Assembly (NCBI GenBank): GCA_963827655.1
Contig: CAWHCF010000011.1
Location: 1 to 43,211, forward strand
Source: an uncultured Acidobacteriota bacterium
GTDB taxonomy: Bacteria; Acidobacteriota; UBA6911
Length of the DNA stretch: 43,211 bases
Direction: 5' to 3'
Below, in pieces: positions 10,939 to 19,651 of this stretch (positions are counted from its first letter, which is position 1; every line of letters starts with the position of its first letter). A program made the position numbers and the translations under genes. The notes below the pieces were generated by a model. That model did not search any database and was not told the DNA's origin. It saw only the letters and a program-made list of their open reading frames with translations.

Positions 10939-11015
10939 CGGATTGCGGATTGCAGATTGTTCATTGATCCTACTGAGTATCAATTGTTCCAATCCGCAAT
11001 CCGCAATCCGCAATC
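10939..11015. repeat. Inverted heptamer tandem arrays (GATTGCG)n / (CAATCCG)n between convergent genes
   Basis: cggattgcggattgcagattg at 10939-10959 and caatccgcaatccgcaatccgcaatc at 10990-11015 can form a stem of about 21 bp. Confidence 0.8.
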
Positions 11016-11018
11016 GGG

Positions 11019-12257
11019 TCAATCCCCCCACCACGGCTCGCCTTCCACCATGTTTTTTCTCAATACCTCGGGATTGAGATTCAATCCCAGCCCGGGCCCC
11101 AGCGGCACCTTCAGCCGGCTGTCCTTTACCTCCGGCGGATTCGCCGCCGCCATGCTCTCGACGTATCGGTTCGGCCGCCCCAGCGCGCTCTCCGAGCGGT
11201 AGAAGTTCTGGATTGCGGCGCCGAAGTGCGCGCTCGCGCAGCACAGAACCAGCGACCCTACGTTGTGCAGCGCTACGGGCGTCCGAGTGAGCTGCGCGTA
11301 GTCGGCGATCTTTCGAGTTCCCGTGATCCCTCCGGCGAACGCGAGATCGGGGTGGATGATGTCCGCCGACTGCGTATCCAGGAACGGCTTGAACCCGCGC
11401 ACCATCTCCAGTTTCTCGCCGGCCAGAACCGGCACGCGCGTCGATCGCTTCAGCGCCACCCACCCCTCGTGATGCGCTACCGGCAGCGGGTCTTCCAGGA
11501 ACAGCGGATTCATCGGCTCGATCGCCCTGGCGATGCCGATCGAGCTCACCGTGTCGAACTCGTTGTGGCAGTGGCACGCGATGTCGATCTCCTCCCCCGC
11601 TGCCTCGCGCGCGTTCGCGAATGCCTGCGCCACCTTGCGCAGTTGAGCGCTTTCCAGGGTGTTGGCAAACCGTCCCGAGCGAACTCCCACCACCGGATCA
11701 ATGTTCATCTTGAATGCCGTGAATCCCTCCGGTGCCACTTTTATTCGTTGCGCCCAGTCCCGGCATGACGCCTTGTCCAGCAGGTTCACCCCCTGGCCGT
11801 GTGAGTACATGGGAATTGCATCGCGAAACGGCCCACCCAGCAGCTCGACGACAGGCCTGCCCAGGATCTTTCCCGCCAGGTCCCACAATGCGATGTCGAT
11901 TCCGCTGACCGTGGGGATGTGCGCCGTGTACGTGTGCATCAGCGTCGTCATCTCGTGGAAATGAACCTCGATGGCCAGCGGATCTTTGCCTATCAGCACG
12001 CGCCGCATCGTTTCGATCCGCGCCCGCGCCATTGGACCCGAGGCGCCGGCCTCCCCGTACCCTTTGAGTCCGGCGTCCGTGTCAATCCGGATCAAGCAGT
12101 TCCCCGCGATGCTCCCGATCGCCATGGCCTTCACGTCGGTAATCTTCACGATGCCTGTCATCGGCGCCGCCATTGCCCGAAACCGCGCCATCCAGCCCCC
12201 AATCGGTAGAGCCAGTGCCAACTTCATGAACTCCCTCCGACTCCGTTCCCACATCAT
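11019..12257 (-). CDS. Mandelate racemase/muconate lactonizing enzyme family (enolase superfamily; probable sugar-acid dehydratase) with Tat signal
   Basis: SRREFMK, IRIDTDAGLKGYGE, SGIDIALWDLAGK, FLEDP, GEKL, GGITGTRKIA and VPLGPGLG. A GGAGG RBS precedes ATG 12257. Confidence 0.88.
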   Translation of the reverse strand: MMWERSRREFMKLALALPIGGWMARFRAMAAPMTGIVKITDVKAMAIGSIAGNCLIRIDTDAGLKGYGEAGASGPMARARIETMRRVLIGKDPLAIEVHFHEMTTLMHTYTAHIPTVSGIDIALWDLAGKILGRPVVELLGGPFRDAIPMYSHGQGVNLLDKASCRDWAQRIKVAPEGFTAFKMNIDPVVGVRSGRFANTLESAQLRKVAQAFANAREAAGEEIDIACHCHNEFDTVSSIGIARAIEPMNPLFLEDPLPVAHHEGWVALKRSTRVPVLAGEKLEMVRGFKPFLDTQSADIIHPDLAFAGGITGTRKIADYAQLTRTPVALHNVGSLVLCCASAHFGAAIQNFYRSESALGRPNRYVESMAAANPPEVKDSRLKVPLGPGLGLNLNPEVLRKNMVEGEPWWGD

Positions 12258-12270
12258 ATCGCCTCCGAAA

Positions 12271-13688
12271 CTATCGACGCTGATCGCTCCCCATCGTCTC
12301 TTCAATTTCGGCGATGGTCTTCGGTATCACCGGCCCGAGGACGCGAGCGCCGTCTGATGTGACCAGGACATCGTCCTCGATCCGAATACCGCCAAAGGTG
12401 ACAAATTGAGCCAACCGATCGTAGTTAATAAAATCCGAGTGAGCACGCTCCTCGCGCCATCGGTCGATAAGCGCCGGAATGAAATAAATTCCAGGTTCGA
12501 CCGTCAGGACGAAGCCGGGTTCGAGCGGGCGGCTCAGCCGGAGGAAATTCAGGCCGAACTGAGGACTTCGCTTTTCGCCCTTCGGATATCCGACGATGTC
12601 GCCCAGATCTTCCATATCGTGAACGTCGAGCCCGAGCATGTGACCGAGACCGTGCGGGAAAAACAGCGCGTGAGCCCCTGCAGCAACCGCTTCGTCGGGG
12701 TCGCCGCGCATCAGGCCGATACCGGCCAACCCTTCGGCAACGACTCTGCAGGCATGCAGGTGCACGTCGCGATAAGGGATTCCCGGTCTGATCCGGGTGA
12801 TGGCGCTCATCTGCGCTCGTAAAACAACTCGTACACTTCCGCCTGGGCCGAAGTGAAACGGCCGTTGACCGGAAATGTGCGCGTAATGTCGGAGGCGTAG
12901 CGGAGGGGCGATTCCGCTCCCGAATCGTTCAGCACTAGTTGTCCGGCTTCGAGACGATTGCCGTACGAGTGGTTGTGCAGAACTTGGCCGCGCACGGTAA
13001 CAATAGGGTTGTAAGCTTGCTGCCGGTTATCGGCCAGCGCTATGCCCTGGATCCTCCCCGCAATATCGGATTCATAGATTCCAGGACGCGCCGAGGCCAT
13101 GGCGGCTCGATGCATCCGGTTTGTGATGCCCAGGGCATTCTCAATCTCGGCCACTTCGATTTCAGACTTGATCGATCGCTGTCTTGCGACGGCTTCCACC
13201 ATCGCCTCCGAAACGCCCTTCGAGACTTCCGACGGATCGAGGACCAGCAACTCCGCGATGCGAAAGAGCGAAGAGGCCTGGTATTGCGGAAGATAATGGA
13301 TCGGCAGTCCTTCGCTCCTGGCCCGGGTCAGATATACGCCCAGCCGCGCGATGTCCTCGACCGTGTCGATTCCGGCTTGTCGCGCCATGGCCACCCGCGC
13401 GTGGCCGGCTCCGCTCCAGACTACGTCATCGAGGCTGGTAGGCCGCGAGAAGAGCACGTCGTAGTCGGCTTCCGGGTACGAGAGGACGGCCAGGTCCGGC
13501 GCGTCCAGACCGACGTAATAGAGGAAGTGGGAATTCTGGCGAAAAGGATAGGTGTTGTCCCAGTAATTGCGCGGCTGCGGCAGGTGGCCCAGCCAGAGCA
13601 GCACGCCCTTTCCGACAGCTTCACGGATCGCGTTCCTTCTTTGCCGGTAAATAGCTGGCCAATCAGTCTCCGGGCCTAATCCTTGCAT
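12271..13688 (-). CDS. pepP: Xaa-Pro aminopeptidase (M24B), split by one frameshift near 12828
   Basis: YPFRQNSHFLY, DSGAE...YASDITRTFP, FFPHGLGHMLGLDVHD, TVEPGIYF and GGIRIEDDV. Adding one base at about 12826-12830 restores ...EVYExVLRAQMSAI... Confidence 0.85.
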
Positions 13689-13754
13689 GATAGCTCCTTG
13701 AGGTCGCTCATTATATATCCCTGCTCGGCCCAGGACGCGATCCTTTGCTAAGAA

Positions 13755-13790
13755 CTTCGCTTTGTGCCTTCGCGCCTTAGTGGTTAAATA
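13755..13790 (-). repeat. 9-nt-periodic intergenic repeat copy
   Basis: The minus strand reads tatttaaccactaaggcgcgaaggcacaaagcgaag. Confidence 0.5.
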
Positions 13791-13816
13791 CCAGATCTAC
13801 TTGACAAGGAGCCTCA

Positions 13817-15610
13817 ATGAACAATGGAAAACTTCGTAGTCAGAACTGGTTTGGCCGGAAAGACCGGGACGGGTTCGTTCATCGCGCATGGTTAAAGGCG
13901 GAGGGCTTCTCCGACGCAGTATTCGACAATCGCCCCGTGATCGGTATCGCCAACAGCTGGAGCGAGCTGACCAACTGTAACAGCCACTTGCGTCAAGTCG
14001 CCGAAGCCGTGAAGCGAGGCGTCCTGATGGCCGGCGGGATGCCTCTGGAGTTCCCGGTGATTTCGCTCGGGGAAGTCCTCATGAAACCTACGGCCATGAT
14101 GTTCCGCAATCTCATGTCGATGGATGTGGAGGAATGCATTCGAGCCAACCCGCTGGATGGAGTGGTGTTGCTGTGCGGTTGCGACAAGACCACGCCCGCG
14201 ATGATCATGGGAGCTGCTTCGGCGGACGTTCCAGCCCTGGTCGTACCGGGCGGTCCCATGCTGCGCGGCATGTGGCGCAACGAGGAACTGGGGTCCGGCA
14301 CCGATGTCTGGAAGTACTGGGACGAGCTGCGCGCCGGCCGGATCAGCGAGGAAGAGTGGTGCGAAATGGAGAGCTGCATTTCGCGCAGCGCCGGCCACTG
14401 CATGGTCATGGGAACAGCCAGCACCATGACCAGCCTCGCCGAGGCTTTGGGACTGACCCTGCCGGGTTGCGCCGCCATCCCCGCGGCGGATTCGCGCCGA
14501 ATGGCCATCGCCGAGCAGAGCGGCAGCCGCATCGTGCAGATGGTCTACGAAGACCTGCGGCCTTCGAAGATTCTGACCCGGGAGGCATTTGAGAATGCCA
14601 TTCGCGTCGACATGGCGATCGGCGGCAGCACAAACGCCATCATTCACCTGGTAGCCATGGCGGGCCGCGTCAATCTCGATCTGCCTCTCACTCTTTTCGA
14701 CAAGATCAGCCGCGACACCCCGTTCATCGTCAACGTGCGGCCCTCCGGGGAGTATCTGATGGAAGACTTTTTCTACGCCGGCGGAATTCCCGCCGTCATG
14801 CGCCAGCTGCTACCGCTGCTGCATGACGGCACCCTGACAGCCACAGGCAAGAGCATCGGCGACAATGTCCGTTCCGCTCAGATCAACAAGAAGGAAGTGA
14901 TCCTGTCGCTGGAGCAGCCGCTCAATCCACAAGGGGGAACCGTCATACTTTCGGGAAACCTGGCTCCCCACGGAGCGGTGTTCAAACAGACTGCGGCGTC
15001 TCCCCGCCTCCTGAAGCACACCGCGCCGGCCGTCGTATTCGAATCGGTATACGACATGCGGGAGCGCCTGGAGGACCCCAACCTGGATGTCAATGCCGAC
15101 TCGATTCTGGTGTTGAAAAATGCCGGCCCTAAGGGTGGGCCCGGAATGCCCGAATGGGGGCAGCTGCCGATTCCCACCAAGCTGCTGAAGCAAGGGGTGA
15201 AAGATATGGTCCGGATTTCGGACGCCCGGATGAGCGGGACTTCGTACGGCGCCGTCGTATTGCACGTGGACCCGGAAGCCGCTGTCGGCGGCACTCTCGC
15301 TTTCGTGCAGAACGGGGATCTGATCGAACTGGACGTGCCCGCGAGGAAGTTGGAGCTGAGAGTATCGGAGGAAGAGCTGAACCGGCGCCGCGCCGGCTGG
15401 GCTCCTCCGAAGCCGCAATACGTCCGTGGTTACGGTCGATTGTTTCTGGATCATGTTACGCAGGCCCACGAAGGGTGCGATTTCGATTTCCTGCGCCACG
15501 CAGGCGGGGTGATTAACAAACTACCGCAAAGGCGCCAAGACACCAGATTCATCAAATTAAAGGCGACGTTGCAAGCTCACACGGAGGTGACATGGGCGGC
15601 GCAAAACTGA
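13817..15610 (+). CDS. IlvD/Edd family dehydratase, L-arabinonate/aldonate dehydratase-like
   Basis: RPVIGIANSWSELTNCN, CGCDKT, GHCMVMGTAST, GGSTNA, GPKGGPGMPE, SDARMSGT and HVTQAHEGCDFDFL. The true stop may be near 15512. Confidence 0.9.
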   Translation: MNNGKLRSQNWFGRKDRDGFVHRAWLKAEGFSDAVFDNRPVIGIANSWSELTNCNSHLRQVAEAVKRGVLMAGGMPLEFPVISLGEVLMKPTAMMFRNLMSMDVEECIRANPLDGVVLLCGCDKTTPAMIMGAASADVPALVVPGGPMLRGMWRNEELGSGTDVWKYWDELRAGRISEEEWCEMESCISRSAGHCMVMGTASTMTSLAEALGLTLPGCAAIPAADSRRMAIAEQSGSRIVQMVYEDLRPSKILTREAFENAIRVDMAIGGSTNAIIHLVAMAGRVNLDLPLTLFDKISRDTPFIVNVRPSGEYLMEDFFYAGGIPAVMRQLLPLLHDGTLTATGKSIGDNVRSAQINKKEVILSLEQPLNPQGGTVILSGNLAPHGAVFKQTAASPRLLKHTAPAVVFESVYDMRERLEDPNLDVNADSILVLKNAGPKGGPGMPEWGQLPIPTKLLKQGVKDMVRISDARMSGTSYGAVVLHVDPEAAVGGTLAFVQNGDLIELDVPARKLELRVSEEELNRRRAGWAPPKPQYVRGYGRLFLDHVTQAHEGCDFDFLRHAGGVINKLPQRRQDTRFIKLKATLQAHTEVTWAAQN

Positions 15611-15933
15611 CGCGAGCCGAGCGGGAATGGCTGAAGCGCTATCGTCTCGAACTCACAGAACGCCATTCGGGAGCCGTCGAACAGATGCTGCTCTATGGGT
15701 CGAAGGCGCGAGGGGACGCGCGACCGGAGAGTGACCTCGATGTACTCCTGGTCGTCCGAAATGAGGCCGCAGCGCGCAAGCGCGAACTGCGACGGATCGG
15801 CTACCTGTTGGCGGCGGCATCCGACGTGGTCCCCTCAATCTTGGCCTACACGTCGGACGAGTGGGAAAACCGTAAGAACAGCGGCTCACCCTTCCGCCGA
15901 AACGTCGAACGCGACGAGATCAGGGTCCTGTGA
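15592..15933 (+). CDS. Minimal nucleotidyltransferase (MNT/MntA-like, Pol-beta fold)
   Basis: LYGSKARGDARPESDLDVLLV (GSx10DxD) in a 113-aa ORF, with a strong GGAGGTGA RBS. Confidence 0.85.
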   Translation: MGGAKLTRAEREWLKRYRLELTERHSGAVEQMLLYGSKARGDARPESDLDVLLVVRNEAAARKRELRRIGYLLAAASDVVPSILAYTSDEWENRKNSGSPFRRNVERDEIRVL

Positions 15934-15978
15934 ATCGCCCAGGGCCGAAGGCCCGTCAGTGAGTAGCCCCGCCCATCA

Positions 15979-16294
15979 AGAAGATGTGAAAAAATTCAGC
16001 GAACGACTCTCGATTGACCGGCAGCCCATTGGCTTTTGTGGCGCGGGTCCGATGAGACTGTTGCAACTCAGCGCTCCCCTGTAGATCGGCTCAGACAATT
16101 GTCCGAGGACCCTGTGGCGACGGGCCATCAGGCCCGTCGCAAATACCGCTATCGGAATTGATTTACCCTTAAAGAGATCGTTGGTGCCATCGGGGGCCGG
16201 ACGGGCTTGATAGCCCGTCCGCACATGAACCGGGCGAGTTTTGCAACCGTCTCATGATGACCCGCGCCACAGACCCAATTTTTTCACGGCTTCT
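15979..16294. mobile_element. MITE B (IS1182/IS5-like terminal inverted repeats), containing MITE C
   Basis: Ends AGAAGATGTGAAAAAATT and AATTTTTTCACGGCTTCT. Its internal hairpin arms tgtggcgcgggtc (16037-16049) and gacccgcgccaca (16259-16271) are split by C. The left arm matches the reverse complement of 29281-29350. Confidence 0.7.
16054..16253. mobile_element. MITE C, 200 bp
   Basis: TIRs GAGACTGTTGCAA and TTGCAACCGTCTC, two internal hairpins, and full-length homology to 29077-29276 (inverted). Confidence 0.78.
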
Positions 16295-16377
16295 TACGGC
16301 GACGGGCCGTACTTTCTTTCGGCCCTTCAGGGCTCAACTGCTCCAAAATACGTTACGCGTTTTGCGAACAGTCAGCC

Positions 16378-17439
16378 CTAAGGTTTGAACAGTTGTACGG
16401 AGGAGTCTAATTCGTACGAAGAGTCTTCACGCATCCGAGGCTTCCACTTGCTCATGAAAATCGGACGTTCTCCCTGCACTCCAACCAGAAAGAACAGCGA
16501 GTCGTAGCGCAACTCCTTCCACGTTGCCTGTTGTGCGTCGTAGGCGAAAGGCGCCCGGACTGGTTTCGGGAAGGGGCCATTGGATGGAACCTCGAAGAAC
16601 ACATCGGCAAATGCAGTCCCTCCTTCGGTGACATACATCCGAAAGATTGTAGGGCCGGGGACAGGGACGGCGCCTGGCGGGCGCGGCGCCGCCAATGGGA
16701 CGCGACGTATTCCGCTGCCGTTCTTCGCCATGATCACCGTTTCCTGCAGCTCCGGGACCCAGCAATAGACACTCTCCTTCATCGTCCCAAAAGCGAGCGT
16801 GCCGACACCCCGAACGTAGGGCTTGAGCCAGTTAATCTCGGGTAGGCTCGCTCGAGTGTAGAGCACGCTTGCCGTCGCGCCCAGGTTCGTGTACTTGTAC
16901 AGAAACGGGGCGGTCGTCGGGTCCGCGCTCTTCGCACCGCTGCTTACGGCCCATACAGTGTCATCATCATCTACTTTGAGTTTACGTATCGATTGACCGC
17001 TTCCCAACAGCCGTTGTGCTGATACGAGATTTCCTTGTGTGTCGTAGAGTACCAGCAGGCCCACCATGATCAAGGCAGGCTCTGTTTCCAGTATGGCGTT
17101 AGCCGCTACCGCGACCAGGCCGGACTTGCCTACCGACACGTCATAGAGATTAACCTCATTCGCATCCGGAACTTGGGATAGCGGATCCAGAGTCGCCCGA
17201 CGTCCATCAGATAATCGGTAGAGGTGGACACGTTGCCTATGTTCCGTTCCTTGCACCTCTTGTAAAAAAACCGCATAACCGTTTTCAACCGAGCTGAGCG
17301 TTCCAAGAGTCATCGTCTCGGGGTCCAGCCGAAGGTGGTTCCAGTCCGGCTCGGTCTCTCCAGAACGACCGCCAGGCCGCGCCCAGACGAAGGCCGCAGC
17401 AACGATCAGAAGCACCGGCGCTGCTAATATTCTCCTCAT
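16378..17439 (-). CDS. Hypothetical secreted protein, beta-strand rich (possibly propeller-like)
   Basis: 353-aa ORF with a GAGGTG RBS and signal peptide MRRILAAPVLLIVAAAFVWA. I recognise no family motif. Confidence 0.7.
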   Translation of the reverse strand: MRRILAAPVLLIVAAAFVWARPGGRSGETEPDWNHLRLDPETMTLGTLSSVENGYAVFLQEVQGTEHRQRVHLYRLSDGRRATLDPLSQVPDANEVNLYDVSVGKSGLVAVAANAILETEPALIMVGLLVLYDTQGNLVSAQRLLGSGQSIRKLKVDDDDTVWAVSSGAKSADPTTAPFLYKYTNLGATASVLYTRASLPEINWLKPYVRGVGTLAFGTMKESVYCWVPELQETVIMAKNGSGIRRVPLAAPRPPGAVPVPGPTIFRMYVTEGGTAFADVFFEVPSNGPFPKPVRAPFAYDAQQATWKELRYDSLFFLVGVQGERPIFMSKWKPRMREDSSYELDSSVQLFKP

Positions 17440-17597
17440 TGGATCACCTCACAAAACTACCAGCGGGGAGACTTCAATTGAGCCCAGAATATCGACCTTT
17501 AGAATGATGATGTCAAGAAGATGCGATCCTGCTTGACTTCACACTCGGGCAGTTGTCCAATCCAATTTGTCGAACGGGTTCACCGGGAGGCGAAGGT

Positions 17598-18599
17598 ATG
17601 AATGGTCCGATCGGGCGCAGGCGGTTCGTCCAATCAACGGTCGGAGCCGCTCTGGCCACCGGAGCGCGCGACGCGCGAGCGTTGGAGGCCGACAACGAGC
17701 CCCGGACAGAGTCGATGAAGAGCTTTCGCGTCGCCGCGGTGGCGTCACGCAGCCTGCCGGCGTCGCCCGAAAGGAACCTCGAACATTGCGCCTCCTGGAC
17801 TGCGCGCGCGGCGCAGGCGGGAGCCGCGCTGGTCTGCTTTCCGGAGCTCTCGATTACAGGGTATGTGACCACCCCCGAGATCTGGACCGCTGCGGAGCCG
17901 GTACCCGGGCCGTCAACAGAAAAACTCGCGGAGCTGGCGCGGAAGTCGGGACTGATCGTTGCGGCCGGGATTGCCGAGAAGGATCGCGACATCGTTTACG
18001 ACACCTACGTGTTCGTCGGGCCGAACGGCTATCTCGGTAAATCGCGTAAGATTCATATACCCCCTGCGGAGGTAGGCTACTGGCGCGGTGGCGGGGTTCC
18101 TCCGGTAATTGACATCGGTCTGGCGAAAGTCGGCGTCAATGTCTGCTTCGATAACTGGCTCCCGGAGTCATCGCGTCTGGTTGCCCTGCAAGGCGCAGAG
18201 GTGCTCTTTGCGCCGTATGTCTGGGCGGTCGGGGAATGGGGCAGTAATCCGGATCATGCGGGGCGCAACCGCGCCTGGAAGGATTACGCACGGCGCACCT
18301 TTCCGGCCCGGTCCATCGACAACGGCCTTTTCCTCGTCGCCGTCAATGCCTGCGGCCCGGTAGCCAACGGCTCGCGGCAATACAACGGAAATCCGGTCGT
18401 TCTCATTTACAGTCCTCACGGCCAGCTCGTCGCTGAGTCGCCCGACGAGGCTTCCGAGGAAGTCATGGTACTGGCAGAACTGCGCCGCGAGCTCCTGGTC
18501 GAGCGCCGATCCCAGGCCGTATTTCACCCTCGCTTTCGACGGCCGGAGCTTTATGGCATGTTGTGCGAAGGAGACACCGGGAAGCAGAGCTCTCGTTGA
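17598..18599 (+). CDS. Carbon-nitrogen hydrolase (nitrilase superfamily) with Tat-like signal
   Basis: E-K-C triad (FPELSITGY, RKIHIP, VCFDNWLPE) and GRRRFV. A GGAGG RBS precedes ATG 17598. Confidence 0.88.
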   Translation: MNGPIGRRRFVQSTVGAALATGARDARALEADNEPRTESMKSFRVAAVASRSLPASPERNLEHCASWTARAAQAGAALVCFPELSITGYVTTPEIWTAAEPVPGPSTEKLAELARKSGLIVAAGIAEKDRDIVYDTYVFVGPNGYLGKSRKIHIPPAEVGYWRGGGVPPVIDIGLAKVGVNVCFDNWLPESSRLVALQGAEVLFAPYVWAVGEWGSNPDHAGRNRAWKDYARRTFPARSIDNGLFLVAVNACGPVANGSRQYNGNPVVLIYSPHGQLVAESPDEASEEVMVLAELRRELLVERRSQAVFHPRFRRPELYGMLCEGDTGKQSSR

Positions 18600-18638
18600 C
18601 TGACGACCAAGACGCAAAGAAACCGAAGGGGTATTTCC

Positions 18639-18752
18639 ATGGATCGCAGGGAATTCCTGAAACAGGGCGCCGGCAAGGTCCCCGAGCCGGCGAAAGTCCC
18701 GCCGTTTCAAGCCCCCTGGTCCTACGGCAACGTGCCGCCGGAGTTGAGTTAG
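18639..18752 (+). pseudogene. 37-aa ORF starting with a Tat consensus; probable internally deleted gene remnant or small protein
   Basis: Translates as MDRREFLKQGAGKVPEPAKVPPFQAPWSYGNVPPELS*, with a gaagggg RBS upstream. It is below the length cutoff of the ORF track. Confidence 0.45.
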
Positions 18753-18788
18753 TCTCGTTATGATTTTCAAGCTGGAGGAGCTCAGACA

Positions 18789-19622
18789 ATGAGACACCGT
18801 TTCCTGATGCTCGCGGTTCTGCTCGCGTCTCTTGCCACGCTCGGCGCGAGCGAAGACAAGGCAATAACCCCGACCGAAACCATCTCCCTGTTCAACGGGA
18901 AGGATCTGACTAACTTCTCTACCTGGCTGACCGACTTCAAGTACGAGGACCCGCACCGGGTTTTCACCGTCGTCGATCAGGTCGATGGCGCTCCGGCAAT
19001 CCGGTCGAGCGGGCAGTACTGGGGCGGAATTGTCACGAAAGAACGCTATCAAAACTACCATCTGATCGTGGAATTCCGCTGGGGCACGGCTACCTGGGGC
19101 AAGCGCAAAAACAGCACCAAAGACAGCGGTATCCTGCTGCACTGCGAGGGGCCGGAGGGCAACGCCGCGGCCGATTTCAACAGCCCCTGGATGCGCTCGG
19201 TCGAGTTCCAGATCATCGAAGGGGGAACCGGCGACATCATACTCGTCGGCGGCTTTAACAAGGATGGTCAGCGCATTGTTCCACGGCTGACCGCGACCGT
19301 CTCCGGTGACAAGCGCGTCTGGGACCCGAACGGAACGCCAAAGGAATTCGAAGGAGGAAGGGTCAACTGGTATGGGCGCGATCCGGAGTGGAAAGACGTG
19401 CTCGGCTTCCGCGGCCGGCAGGACGTTGAAAAGCCGGACGGGCAGTGGAACAAGCTCGACGCCTTCGTCGATGGCGACAGCCTCGTTTACCTGGTCAATG
19501 GCGTCGTGGTGAACAAGGCGACCGGCTCGAGCCTGAAGGCAGGGAAACTCCTGTTTCAATCCGAAGGAGCCGAAATCTTCTTTCGACGCATCGAACTTCA
19601 ACCGCTCGGAAAGAAGCCGTAA
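18789..19622 (+). CDS. DUF1080 (3-keto-disaccharide hydrolase-like) secreted protein
   Basis: Signal peptide, SLFNGKDL, YQNYHLIVEFRWG, DSGILLH, EFQIIEG, GQWN and LFQSEGAEIFFRRIEL, with a GGAGGAG RBS. Confidence 0.9.
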   Translation: MRHRFLMLAVLLASLATLGASEDKAITPTETISLFNGKDLTNFSTWLTDFKYEDPHRVFTVVDQVDGAPAIRSSGQYWGGIVTKERYQNYHLIVEFRWGTATWGKRKNSTKDSGILLHCEGPEGNAAADFNSPWMRSVEFQIIEGGTGDIILVGGFNKDGQRIVPRLTATVSGDKRVWDPNGTPKEFEGGRVNWYGRDPEWKDVLGFRGRQDVEKPDGQWNKLDAFVDGDSLVYLVNGVVVNKATGSSLKAGKLLFQSEGAEIFFRRIELQPLGKKP

Positions 19623-19651
19623 CAATCCTAGAACTTCCGGAGCTTTGACCG

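Larger units (their letters stand above)
15935..16371 (-). repeat. REP doublet (element A), internally deleted and interrupted by MITE B
   Basis: 15935-15978 and 16295-16371 match the reverse complement of the two ends of 23291-23513. Confidence 0.8.

Noticed and set aside
10081-11577. Long antisense or alternate-frame ORFs (e.g. 10081-11577, 18168-19742, 27177-28298, 29507-30553, 31520-32686)
   Set aside because: These are shadow ORFs expected in high-GC DNA opposite well-supported genes, and they have no recognisable motifs.
15976-16224. Short ORFs over the repeats (15976-16224, 28860-29213, 29168-29416, 29340-29528, 23246-23491) that resemble each other
   Set aside because: The similarity comes from the non-coding repeat DNA. 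The frames are not conserved between copies and show no transposase motifs.
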